Origin: Camelus ferus
Lineage: Eukaryota
Reading direction: 5' to 3'
NCBI RefSeq assembly: GCF_009834535.1
Contig: NC_045697.1
Coordinates: forward strand, 57,910,001 to 57,974,000
Length of the DNA: 64,000 bases
Position numbers and translations under genes: made by a program
The notes under the pieces: generated by a model
What the model was told of the DNA's origin: nothing
The model's database searches: none
The model's input: the letters and a program-made list of their open reading frames with translations, nothing else
In this document: piece by piece, positions 14,031 through 26,800 of the stretch
Layout: each line of letters opens with the position of its first letter
Position numbering within the stretch: position 1 is the first letter of the stretch

Positions 14031-14190
14031 ATTTATTGCAAAATGATCACCAAAGTAAGTTGAGTTAACATTCATCACCAGAGTTACAATTTTGTTTTCT
14101 TGTGATGACAACTTTTAAGAGCAAAGAATTATACTGTACACCTGAAACTAATATATCATATGTCAATTATATCTCAAAATTTTTTCAAAA
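14031..14190. mobile_element. Very short L1 3'UTR insertion with 5' inversion
   Basis: 14031-14120 is antisense L1MA9-like 3'UTR; 14121-14180 is the adjacent sense terminal segment (ctgtacacctgaaactaat...gtcaattatatctcaa). Confidence 0.75.
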
Positions 14191-14224
14191 ATGCATAACA
14201 TTATTTTATGAACACAAACATTAT

Positions 14225-14360
14225 GAGACAGTCACAGCAGTCACTACTATGTCCTTTCACAGTTCAGAAAACTGGAGCTGAAAAAAGGCAAGAGGGCTTT
14301 CTCATCTAAGGTCACACAACTGGTATAAATGTCAAGTGAAACATGGACCCAGGATTTTTC
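14225..14360 (-). mobile_element. MIR fragment (antisense)
   Basis: cctttcacagttcagaaaactggagctg...ctaaggtcacacaactgg. Confidence 0.6.
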
Positions 14361-14539
14361 TAAAATTATTATTATTATACCTGGTGTAATCTCATTGGCA
14401 ACAGGATCTCAATGTAAACATACCAATAAAAATTTGCTAAGAGGAAGAGATCTTACCTGAAATGTCCTTAGCAAGATACTCCTGGCTAAAGGATAACTTA
14501 CACTGAATAAACCCACGATCTACAGATTTATCAACCAGG

Positions 14540-14750
14540 GCTCCCCTTCTCTGTATCAGTTTATTTAGTCCTAATAAGAATTATGTAAGATGGCTGCTGC
14601 GAAAAATGCCACGTTTAGAGAAATTAAGAAGTTAAGTTACCTGACCCAGGTTCGCATATTAGGGGTAGTTGACTATTGGGTATAAAGCCAACATTGCTAT
14701 CTAACAAGCCTGACTCTGGGTCCTGCACTCGTAACCACTACTCTCCAGGC
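14540..14750 (-). mobile_element. MIR fragment (antisense)
   Basis: gttaagttacctgacccaggttc...tgcactcgtaaccactac. Confidence 0.45.
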
Positions 14751-15160
14751 CTCTCCAGTGGGCACTGAAAAGAGATTTTCTAGAAATTTTCTAAAATCCT
14801 TCCAAATTCTGAAAATGTACAACTTTCCAAAGTATTCTGACCATGAGATATTTTTAAAATTCATCTGATGTGACATGCTTAGATTAATAAAATGCTTTTT
14901 CTTTAAACAGATTTAAAGCACTAGGACAAAATACACCACACTGAACTACAGGAATACTTCTGTATTACAAGAATCCAAAGAATATCCTTGTAAATAAGTT
15001 AGAAGAATGTTTACCAGTCAAGGTTTCAAATGCTCTTCTGCATTGATTAGAAATTAAACAACAAAGGAGATTTTTCCAATAAAATAAGTTCTCTCTTGTT
15101 TTTGAGCAGGAATTTTTTTTACTTATTTTGGTATACTCAGATATCCAAAATTACTAATGC

Positions 15161-15620
15161 TGTTTTTTATTGAATAGTTGATTTACAATGTTGTGTTAGT
15201 TTCTACTATGATACAGCATTTGATTCATTTATACATATGTATGTTCTTTTTCATATTCTCTTTCACTATAGGTTATTACAAGATATTGAATATAGTTTCC
15301 CCGTGCTATACAGTAGGACCTTTTTGTTTATCTATTTTATATATAGTGACTTATATTTGCTAATCCCAAACTCCTAAGTTATGCCTCCCTCACTTCTCTG
15401 CTTTGATAACCATACATTTGTTTTCTATGTCTGTGAGTCTGTTTCTGTTTTGGAAATAAGTTTATTTGTGTCATTATTTTAGATTCCACATATAAGTGAT
15501 ATCATACAATATTTGTCTTTTTCTGTCTGACTTACTTCACTAAGTATGATAATCTCCAGGTCCATCCATGTTTTTGTAAATGGTATTATTTCTTTTTATT
15601 TTTTTAAGGTTTAGTAGCAG
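15161..15620 (-). mobile_element. 5'-truncated lineage-specific L1 3' end (antisense)
   Basis: ttttattgaatagttgatttacaatgttgtgttagtttc...agattccacatataagtgatatcatac...ctccaggtccatccatg; closely related to the copy at 9328-9989. Confidence 0.9.
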
Positions 15621-16129
15621 TACCACAAGTTCTCAGCCTCTAAATATTGCTTACCTTTATCTAAAATAGGTTTACAAAATATTCAGGAGAGATCAACCAT
15701 CCTTTTTACTTTACCATGAGAACTCAAGGAGAAGAACAGTAACGGTAAAATGATAATATTTAGCATTTTATATTTATTTATTCTGCAATACCAAAATATG
15801 GTTAATGTAGATATCACATGGTTAGAAGTTGATTTTGATAATAACACATAAAGATCCTAGCAATAACACAAAAATGGTGATGTTAAAACAGACAAAAAAT
15901 CAACGTACTTAATGTTAAATGGCTAAGGAACAAGTATTGTTTTATCCCTTTAGTAAAATAGTTATTATATTCAAAAATTTTATACACTGAAACTTTTTGG
16001 TGGATTTAGCACAACAATGGTTTTCTTACTTATTCCATTTATTCAATAATGCTTAATCTGAAATATGACCTTATTTTAAATTATCAATGTCTTTAGAACA
16101 TATTATAAATTTTGAAATATTTAAAACTT

Positions 16130-16286
16130 TACATACCATATGTTTATATACATTATATATATATGTGTGTTATAGTGAATATACATGCATTAATTTTACA
16201 TATGTATATACATACATATATATTTAAATATATGTATGTGCATACATATATGTATATATGCATGCATACACACACACACACATATA
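16130..16286. repeat. (TA/CA/TG)n low-complexity tract
   Basis: Largely alternating purine-pyrimidine tract ending in (CA)n. Confidence 0.85.
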
Positions 16287-16898
16287 GTCAGTGAGTAGTT
16301 ACAATAAATAGCCCGGAGAGATAAATATTTAAAATTTGATAGTTTAGGTTATTTTTCAAAATCAAAGCTTTTTCTATGTAAAAAATGTTATATATATTTC
16401 TATCACTATTTCCTGTAGCCAATAATTTGAAATTTCAAGACCATATAATTCATTTAAATATTTACTCTTTTCTTGAACTGTATGGTTTTATTCTACTCTA
16501 TGACTTGTGCCGAATTAAATCTTCTGAGTTGTAGCATAATTTGTCAATTCACATGAAATCTGGCTAGAGTCATTTATGAAAAATTATTATGATCTCATTA
16601 CTCATGGAAACCATTTATTTTCTTTAATAAAGCTCATTACTAAATTGTAATTTTATATATAGTCTGTTTTAGAATGAAGCAAAAGATGTGGTGCTCCACT
16701 GAAATAGGTTTGCAAAATTTCAATTACCTTGATTTTTCTTCATCCAGAATGTGATAAAATTTCCTGCATAAGTATATGTGAAGGAGATGAAGTAAATATA
16801 TATGCATGCACACACACACACACATATATATAAGTATATATACATACATAAACTATGTGATAATGAACCCATGACTTAGTAACAGATATGTAGCTATA

Positions 16899-17382
16899 CA
16901 GGCATACTTGGACATAATGTGGGTTCAGTTCCAGACCACTGCAATAAAGTAATTATCACTTTATTACTCAATAAAGTGAGTCACAAAACTTGTTTTGATT
17001 TCCCAGTGGATATAAAAGCTATGTTTACATCATACTGTAGTCTATTAAGTGTGCAATAACATTTTGCCAAAACACCAATGTACGTACCTTAATTTAAAAT
17101 ACTTTATCATTAAAAAATATCTAACCATAATCTGAGCCTTCAGCAAGTTCTAATAGTAACATCAAAGATGACTGATCACAGACCACCATAACATACACAA
17201 TAATAATGAAAACGTTTGAAATAGTGTGAGAATTACCAAATGTGGTACAGAGACAGGAAGGGAGCAAATGCTGTTGGAAAAATGGCATCAATAGCTTGCT
17301 TGATGCAGGGTTGCTACAAAACTTCAATTTGTAGAAAAAAATGCAATTAAAGTGAAAAGTGCAATAAAATGAAGTAGGCCTG
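16899..17382 (-). mobile_element. Tigger1 non-autonomous deletion derivative (~480 bp, Tigger1a-type)
   Basis: TA-caggcatac...gggttcagttccagaccactgcaataaag at the left end and caataaaatgaagtaggcctg at the right end (Tigger1 TIRs); collinear with both ends of the copy at 42253-43486. Confidence 0.9.
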
Positions 17383-18062
17383 TTTTGAAATACTGATGAT
17401 CATCTCACTTCTATTAAAAGTCCTTAAGCAATGATCACGTCTGGTTAACTGTAAATGGAAATATTAAATATTTTGCAGAGGAAGTAAGAAATTATCTTTA
17501 TGATCAAAAGCTTTCAGAAACATGCTGTCTGATAGAAATGGAACTTTTTTCAGCTAAAGTTGCCCTGAGCACTAATCAGAGGAAATGATAGCAGTCACCA
17601 CTCTGTTGTGTCTTAGAACAAATCACTAAATTCATTTTTGGATTTCAATGATCTGAACTGGCAATATATATTTCCACTTTACAGTTTTGAAATTGGTTAT
17701 TTCTATTTCCAAAATTCATCCAAACCACTGGTTATTCTTTAACAAAATACCAACATTAGATCTATAAACTGAGTTCTTAAACATGTAAACCCATAAGGAC
17801 GTCATTGACTGTAACCTTAAAACATACAATAACACCCATTTCATTTTTCCTTTTGTTAATATTCAACCTATCCCTAGGTAATGGATCACCAACATATGGG
17901 GCCCCCGAGAAAGGGAAGGACAATGAAGAATCTACAGAGAAATCTAAGATGAAATTTCTTCTTAAGGCACATAAGTGCATAAAATCATAAAGAAGCTCAG
18001 TTTAGGGACAAAGTATTTAGTTCTGAATCATCATGTCATCATCATCACAACTAAAGTTTAAA

Positions 18063-18368
18063 TGCTACTGGGGACTGAATTTTTGTGTCCCCATCTCCAA
18101 ATTCATATATTGAAGCACCAACTGCCAATGTGATGGTATTAGCACCTGCAGTCTTGGTTTCATTAGGTTCAGATGAGGTCAGGGTGGGGAAGCCCCTATG
18201 ATGAGATTAGTGCTCTTAGAAGAAGAGAAAGAGATCCCAGAGCTTCCTCTCCCACAGGAGATGAGGATGCAGCTAGAAGGTGGCCAGAACTGTGAGATAC
18301 AAATGCCTGTTGTTGAATAAGCCACTCAGTCTCTGGTACTTTGTTATAGCAGCCCAGGCTGACTCACA
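18063..18368 (+). mobile_element. MaLR LTR, MLT1A0-like
   Basis: gactgaatttttgtgtcccc...aaattcatatattgaagc...aatgtgatggtatta...ccagaactgtgaga...tactttgttatagcagccc. Confidence 0.85.
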
Positions 18369-18903
18369 TGTGCTCACAATGAACCAAAGGCTTCCCACAC
18401 CCCATCACGAATCTAGATGATGTCTCATCACTAGTTTCTGAGGTCAGAAATTTCTACCTTTTTAAAATATCCCACCCTACTACCTAAAGCAACACCTGCC
18501 ACAAATGAGACCTGAATAAATATGTGCAGAACAGAGTGAGAGCCCACTTAATGTTTGAATAAACTGAGATTTATATAAATTAAAGCAAAGCAAAAATAAT
18601 ATGAGACCAAGGGATAAATAATGGAACATTTACTGTGTACATGAAACACCTCAGTTGGACCATGATACATGAATTTCACTAGTTAAAATAAAAAAGAAAA
18701 GCCTAAAGAAATATGAAGAACAAAGTCATGAAGTTACTGAACACCACAAGCTGTGTAGGAGAAATATAAGCCTGTCCTTATTACTAGACTGTAAAGCTCA
18801 GAAAAAGCAGGGAGTAGTGATAAGACGGAAAGCAGGGAAGGATGTGAAAGATTATGTTAGTGCTCCAGTGAGAGGTAATGAGTGCCTGAACTACAACGTA
18901 GGG

Positions 18904-19866
18904 CAGTCATGTGCCGGTACATGTTACTAATGGCTCTTTGAAAAAAGGAAAATATGTATGGGATGGAGTGTGCTCTGTGTGTGTGTGCCTATATATGTTA
19001 ATAAAAGTCACAATACCACTTGAGTGTTAACTTGATGATTTTGGTATTCCTTTACATAATTTTATAAATAGCAAACTGTAACAAAAATATGTACACTTTA
19101 AAAAATGTATAACTGCAATGTGACTGGCTATTTCTCACAAAATCTGCTACAAACTTTTTTTCATTCTGGCACCAATGATAATTTCAATCAGACTGTGAAT
19201 AATGCTTGGTTATTAATGAATAAGAAAGAAATCACTCAAGTCGGTGATTAATAAGCATAGTTCCAACATGAATATTGTTTGAGATCGTCATTCATGTTAA
19301 TAGGTAAGACAACATGAAACAATGAAAACCCATATCAGAACTTCAATTGCCAATGATGTGAGAGAATTCTTTGCTAAATCAGACTGTTTTCAAAGTGAGC
19401 TGTCGTAATTCCTCACTTTTTGGTGCTATTTACAACATAATGGCCACAGATATGATAGACTTAAGTTTAATCTGCAATACCATGTTCTCTGTTATTTTCC
19501 TAAATCTAGACAGTCAACAAAACAATAAATCAAGCCCTGGTTTGTAATGTTTGCCCATTTCTATGGTGTAAACACTGCAACCATGCCCAATTCCAAGATA
19601 CCAAGAGAGTGGTCACTGAATATGAATTTGGAGGGATGTGCAGAACTACAACATGATGGAGGAACTCTTCCACTATACACATCAATAGACCGAACCTAAG
19701 TAGCAAACAGTAAGATAATTAAGAAATAATGGTAAAAATTAAATATTTGTAGAAGCTTTATTTAAAATATAAATTTTCAGAAGTAATTCTAGAAAATATT
19801 ATCTTTTTGATCTATATATTTAGTCATAATCTCAGGAAAATTAATGAATTTCAACAAGTCACCATT
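18904..19866. mobile_element. hAT-Blackjack DNA transposon, MER63C/D-like
   Basis: cagtcatgtgccggtacatgtt left end; internal aagccctggtttgtaatgtttgcccatttctatggtgtaaacact...ccaattccaagatacca matches the recalled MER63 core; right end approximate. Confidence 0.7.
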
Positions 19867-20107
19867 AAGGCTTAATTAAACAGCACGAGAGAGCTCTGAG
19901 AAGGGAAAACACGCAGAGCAGACAATATAGTGAATCAGACTGTCTTCCGCATAGAACCATGGCAGTTACTACATTGGTGAAAAAATACTGTTTCCATTTT
20001 GGTGGAAAACAAGAAAAGAGAAAAAAATGATATTTCAAAGTTGTTAGCAAAAGAAAAAAGGAGACTTTAATTTCAAAATTATTTAGTCCTTATAAAATAT
20101 GAATGGG

Positions 20108-20730
20108 TGTGGGAGCCCATGATTGGGTTAACAAATTATAACAGACCCCAGCTGCTTATCTCCTTAAAGAAGATGTGCTTGGTAACTGCCTTGAGGTTTT
20201 AGCAATGACCCAGGCCCTCGGCTATAAACGCTGGGCTGGGCGTGCCTGCTGTTAGTCTTCTATCCCCAAAACAGCCTTGGGCTGGAATGGTAAACAACTT
20301 ACAAAAAGCCGCAGACTCAGAGGTGAGAAGGCTGGTTAGCCAAAGATGGTAAGATCCCCTGAGGGGGGCAACCTAAGACAGGCACAGCCACCTGAGTCCA
20401 AGTTGTAGAGCAGCTGATTCTCATACATTCTGCCGTGATAAGCTGAAAGGCTCAACACGAACATGATTCACCAAAAAGGGTCTTCTAACCTTGAGCCAAA
20501 CACCAACAATAAACAAAGCCTTTGTATTCATTGTGAGCCCACCCTGTCCTTCCCTAAATTCCTGCATTCCTCCTTTGACTGTACTCAATAAATATGAGAA
20601 ATCTGAGAGGCTCATGGAGTTGGTTCCTGACTCCCTCTCCTTCTCTTGACTTTTCCACAGTCTTGAGTAATTCATTCCATCTCGGTGGGACTTCTGCTGG
20701 CCAGAACCCACAACTGGTGACAAACCCACA
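20108..20730 (+). mobile_element. ERVK (class II, betaretrovirus-like) solo LTR, 623 bp
   Basis: Terminal inverted repeats tgtggg...cccaca; perfect 6-bp TSD aatggg at 20102-20107 and 20731-20736; caataaata motif near 20586-20594 followed by a pyrimidine-rich segment; more GC-rich than flanks. Confidence 0.85.
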
Positions 20731-22437
20731 AATGGGAGTATAAAAACAGTAACATTTTTGCAGTAGCTAAAGCCAACAATTTTCATAGATTTTGTTGCTG
20801 CTGTTTCCTGTCATCTGCTTCAACATGTCACTACTCTAAATGTTTCTTTAAAAATACAGTGAGTACACACACACACACTTAATGATACAATATACTTGTG
20901 ATGAAAAGAGTTGATAAATATATATAGCATAGCAGTAAATTTATGAGAAAATCAGAATCCTGTTCCTAAACACTTGATCAAAAATCTTACCTAAATTTAA
21001 GGAAGGAAAGCTATGCAATTCTTTTGTGTTCCAAGAGAAAGAGGAGAAATAGATGAACGTGATCCTTGAAAATAGTATTGTTATTTCCATTTACTTATTG
21101 ATTTGTTATTGATTCACTGATTTATTTATTAAAGTACAAGACCCTTTCCAGCAGGTAGAGGACAAATGCTCATGGGACTCAATTCCCTTTTACTGGAAGA
21201 CTTGGTATTTCCTTTTGTCAGGAAAACAGTATAATCATTATAATAAAGCAGAAATTATGTGGAGAAATAATACATATAATAGAATCTGAGTAAAGCTGTG
21301 CTGGTGGGAAAAGATGGATTGAACTGTGGACAGGGAAAGATCACCTAAATATAGCAAGGCACTTCTAAATGTCCAATAAGGTTTTGACTTTTTATTTTTT
21401 AACAATTGGACACCGAGGATAGATACGTCACATCAAGGTACAGGTCCTCTGGGAAGATTCATGACTGCCTGCAACTGCCTTTTACCATCTGAAGCTACCT
21501 TCTATTTCTTGCCTAGTTGAAGCCTGGATATACTGTGATTTTTGTTGGAATCATAAGACATGTACATGTCCCTTTTTGGAAATAAATGTTCCCTCTTTCT
21601 GTGGGATCCTCACAAATAAAAGATAAGCATTAATTAAAATGTTGTGGCTCTTTAGTTTTCATTCATGCACTCAAATTTCTAAAACTTCTAAGGTTGTGTC
21701 CTAGAATCAGTTGACTCAAGATACAGGGAAAAGGGTAAGAAGATTCTACAAGTCTTCTAAAATCTTAACTGTCAGAACAGTAATCATATCCAACATATGC
21801 TTTAAATAATAAAGGTACACATTGATTAAATAATCCCAAGTATTACCTGTGATAACAAAGCTTTCTGGATATAATGGTGGCTGTGGACAGCTTCTTGTGA
21901 TTGTGTGATGGAGAGTAGTATTTAGGTTGTCAAAGTTAATAGTAGAGATGGGAGAAATAGGAATAAAGTGAAACAGGATTTAAGTGTCAGGCTGATTATC
22001 ATCAGAGGACAATAAAAAGTGGTCTGCAGTCTGGTGCCACAGGCATTAAATGACATGTATTTTTTAGATGTAATGAATGAAGATTACATTGTGATGCTTT
22101 AAAGGTAAACTGGGACAAGGACACATTTCTGCCGCTTTTCATTGGACTTTGGTGTCACTTGTGAGGTTGGTAGAGGACAGAGAATGGGAAAAGGACAAGT
22201 GAAAAAAGATGAACTTTCTTCTAAGGGAGGAGTATTTTCTAGAGGATGATTTCCAGTTAAAGCTAAGATTTGAGAAGAGGAACTAAGATTAGTGGAATAA
22301 AGAGAGGTATGTTTAGATTAAAATACAAAGAAAGAAGACTGGAAGGAGAAAACAGGGAAGACTTAAATTAGTCAAAATTTAATTAGTAACAGTGTGATTG
22401 TCAAGTTTAAGTCATAACTAATCAGTTTCTATCCAAC

Positions 22438-22907
22438 TGTTGGTGCCCCACCCCCACCCCTCTGATCCCATCTACTATATTCCTGTGCCCTTCCCCCTTT
22501 TTTTGTTTGTTTGTTTTTTATTTGTTTGTTCATTTAAATAGAGCTATGATTTTCTTTGGGAAGCTGTTCTCAGACTGCAGAAACCAATTTGCCCCACCTG
22601 CAGACAACTGAAGTGCCTGGGAGTTACAACTCTGGGGGTGCCCCTTAAGCAATATATAATTGGTTCGGAAGTACTGAAGCCCGAATGACTTTGCTTTCAG
22701 TTGGATCCATTTCTGAAGCATAATTTACACACAGATAACCCCTGGCATGGGCTGAGACTGGATCTTTGCCTGTAATTGCATTTTACTTGGATTCTTCTCC
22801 TTCCCTGTAATGATTTAGTTCCTTATCCTTCTTCTTCTGGGAATATCTTCTTAATAAATTACTTGCATGTGAACCTTGATCTCATGGTTTGTTTCTGGGG
22901 AATAAGA
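22438..22907 (+). mobile_element. ERVL LTR, LTR16-like
   Basis: tgttggtgcccca start; gtgcctgggagttaca; end cttaataaattacttgcatgtgaaccttgatctcatggtttgtttctggggaa. Confidence 0.75.
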
Positions 22908-23429
22908 TTGGGATTAAGGACCAATTACGGGGTTTTTTGGTAGGGGGGTGGTTGCGTTTTGTTTATCCCCTAAGCTAAGCTTGGATAACTGGTAAGTTAT
23001 CTAGATGTCTTACAAATTGGAAAGGCTCATAACATGTCTCAGTGACTCAAGAACTGTGTCCAAGAAAAGCATAAACAATGGGAAAAGTCTGGAAATCAAA
23101 ATTTTCCATTAAAGGTGAAATTGTTTATTTAAAAATCTAGTGTTTCACTTATAAAGTATCTTCAAATTATTTTTAAATAGTAAAGAAAAATTAATGAGAC
23201 AAAGCAGAACTGGAGTGGTACGTTAACTGATTAAACCAATGCTTGCTGCAGAGTTGAAGAAGGTACTCCCACCTATCAAGTTCTAACATCTGTTTTTTCT
23301 GTGCTTTGAATGTCTCAAATAGGAACTCAATTAAAGAAATGTAGAATACACAAATATTATTTAAAGCAGCAGGAAGGATTTAGGGCAAAATAAATTGTAA
23401 ATGATTGATATTAAACTTAGCAAATACCA

Positions 23430-23896
23430 TGACCGGGAATTTCCAAGGTGGCTCCCAGTGCCACCCCTGCCCTTACAGATTGGTGTCTAAGTCCCTCCTT
23501 CTTCAGCAACTGGTTTCTAAGCAATAGAACACCTCAACCTTGAGGCGATGTCTCTCCTCTTTGGTTAGACTACAAGAGACTGTAAATTTTGTTAGCAAAG
23601 GCCTCCTCCTCTGAGGGCTTCCTGCTAATAACCAGAGACTGAAGCCCTCAGTCCAATGACAGGAAAAGAACTAAACCCTCCCAACAACCAAAGGTGCTTG
23701 GGGGTGAATCTTTTCTTAGGCAAGCTTTCAAATGAGACTCAATCCCTGGCTGATTGCAGCCTCTTGAGAGACTCAGAAACAGAGGACCCAGGTAAACCAT
23801 GCCTGGTTTTATGACCCACAGAAACTGTGAAATAATGTGTTTTTTAACCTGCTAAATGTATGGTAATCTGTTGTGTGGCACTCAATAACTAATACA
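23430..23896 (+). mobile_element. MaLR LTR, MLT1E/F-like
   Basis: ccaaggtggctccc start; gaagccctcagtcca; tgacccacagaaactgtgaaataat...tggtaatctgttgtg...taactaataca end. Confidence 0.8.
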
Positions 23897-26800
23897 CATA
23901 TTGTATTTCTTGCTATGGGTAAGTTATAAAGGACAAATAATAGCCCACACCTTCAAATTGCTAGCTAGCTAACAAATGAAACCATAGGAAAAATATTAGA
24001 CAGACTGAAAACAAATATGGTAAAACAAAATTGTTCATAAAAAAACTTCCAGCACTCAAGCGAAAGAGGGAGGGAAACAGCACAAAAATAAGAGTGAGAG
24101 AACATGTAATTTAATACTGGCTTTTTTCCCCCCTTACTACTAAAAACTGGAAAACACATTGACAAGTCAAGTGAAAGGAGTATCACTCTAGAGAATAATG
24201 TTAATTTAATACTAGGTCCAATCATTGACAGAACGTGTTAAAATTAGGTACAGAGCTGAGTGGGTTGTAGGAGAAATTAGGATATAAAATGTGATCGGAT
24301 CTGGAAAGACTTCAAAAGTCAACATCACCACCACCATCATGGAGTTTATTCTATGTCTGGAGGTGCTTGATCAAAGTTTTGAAAGTGGTGATAGCACAGA
24401 TTTCCTTTTCTGTAAGTTGTGTTTGACAGATGAGAAAATGTCAAGTATGTGGGTCAGAGGAATGAGCAGGGGAATTGTCACCAAAGAAAAGGAAGATGTT
24501 TCAAATGGAAGGAGTTTGTACACCAAAGATAAACTTGATCAGTGGCATAGTTTTGTTCAGAGCTGGCACTAAGTTCTAAGTAACAGTCTAAGATGATTTT
24601 TTTTCTACAGGCTATATTCCAGGGTCATATAAATCCTTCAGAAGAATTAAGTCCCACAGGACTTCAAAAAGATTATAGAATATAATTTCATAATAAGAAT
24701 ATAAATAATGATTCCTTATTTCAACTGAGGTTGAAGAGCATAGTGATATTAGTTTTCTATGTACAAAATTCCTATAAAACTCAAAAAACATTGTGAAAGT
24801 AACACTAAAAAAGAGTATGTACTTTATAAAACCCTTTCTTCAATTTATTTCTTTATTTTGAATCCTACCATTTTTCCTGAAAGTGTATTTTATTTTATTT
24901 TACATTCTACACACTTTAGCCAATGGAGTTTCATTGCCAAGTTTTGAAGTCATATGTGTGAGAAAATTTTCTTTCATAGGCTATTTTCCCACATTATTTT
25001 CTTAAAAGACACCATCAATAGGAACAGGGTTAGCTGCTTGTTCCTCTCATTTTTCGCTCAATTATCTTTCTGTTACTACTAAAAAATAAATATTTTGTGC
25101 ATTGTCTCATCTCTGGAAGGTATACCAAAAGGAACCTTCTGAAAATAATCTGGCTTAGGCCAAGTAAGTATAAAAAAGGCAATATATCATAATGAAGAAT
25201 GCAAAAGTAAAAAGAGACATAAACAACATCCCAAATATTTTTCTGGCTCTGTGTATATCCAGCTGAATCCTAATCTCATGAAATTCGTCTGACTGTCTTA
25301 GAGCATTACATGTAAGACTGATTTTTCTTAAGTTTGTTTTATGTACAGAATTTATAAAATCCTCACTCTGACATAAACTCATTCAGATGTTACTTGTTTA
25401 TGTGAATTCCTGCCATACTCCACTGAGACTTGGCCCTGATTCATATATTTTGAGGTGGTTTATTTGAGGAAGATACTCAGAAGGACTGAGATTGAATGGT
25501 TGCATTACTTGGAATTCCTAAAGGATTAGTCATTTTTTCCTTCAGTATTTAACTCTAATTCCAGTTGTTATGGGAATCACAGTCATTCCTGATATTAAGT
25601 ATTTCCCCTAAATACATAAACATGCTAGCTTGTCCCATTTTACATTTTCACATTTAGAGAATTCTTCCTTGTCTCTCCTTTTCTCTTTCTCTCCCTCGCT
25701 CTTCTTCCAGTTTAGGAAATTCACACATTAGCTCTACTTTTTTTCTTTTTTTTTTTTTTTTACTTTGCTGGGTCCCTCCTCATCCTTGATAACTCACCAT
25801 GTTTCTTACTCTGATTAGAACAATACAGCTCTGAAATGCGCAGTTACCAGCATTCATAGTTCTAAAAGACTGCATATTATTACTATTAAAATATCTTAAG
25901 AAATTCATATATGCTCTTAATGTTAAATCATCATCTTTGAAGACAGTGTAGAACTGTTGAGCTTGTTAAGATAATAACAGGTCAACATACTTTCTATCAC
26001 TGCTAAATCATTTCACAAAGTGTTCATTATTTTCTGATACTGGTACAGATAGTCCTAGCATCTCCACAACTTGGCCAAAGATCAACATAATAACACTTAG
26101 AATGTCTTCTCAGAGGCCTCAAATCCCCTGACTACACAACACAGCTCACATTTTATAGCATTACACATTTTGGAAAGCATATATTCAAATACATCCAAAC
26201 TATTTTATTTATAATATTAATTACATCCTTAGTATAAAAGTTTATTTGCAAAATTGTATCCTATGCCTATTAAATTGGTTCTCATAATAAAACGATTGTA
26301 AGTGCTTTGGTCTTCTCACTTCTTTGCTATTTAGCTGATTATTACAACATCTATCATATTGGGCAAAAGGCAACAATCCATGAATGTTGCCTTAGAAAAG
26401 TATGCTTGCTTTGAAATTTGCATTCTCCCTGCAAGTGCAGTCAAAATAAATTATGCTACTTAGCTGATAAGTTGATTTGTGGACCACTTTGGGAGATTGT
26501 ATCTCTAGGTTTTTTATCACTGACTTTACAAGAAAAGAGCATTGCATTTAAATGTCATAGTCCATGTCTTTACTCTGTGGTAATTAACACTCCCCATACC
26601 CCCATCGTGTATTCTAAATATCAGAGCACTTCACTTTAATAACATTTCAGTTTAACATGGCTCTACATGGTCACTGAAAGAAAATGATTAAATTAAATAA
26701 GGAACACATAAGCATTCTTACGAACTGGCTTTAACACAAACCACTTGGTCTTCTAATTCTCTTTAACAGATAGAAGTAAAATAAAAAAAATAGAACTTTG

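Noticed and set aside
17805..17990. ORF with a signal-peptide-like hydrophobic N-terminus
   Set aside because: Starts at TTG, the hydrophobicity comes from a T-rich tract, and no homology is recognised
20713..20721. actggtgac after the first cccaca as a retroviral primer-binding site
   Set aside because: Only about 7 nt resemble a PBS, and the TSD places the true LTR end at 20730, so it lies inside the LTR
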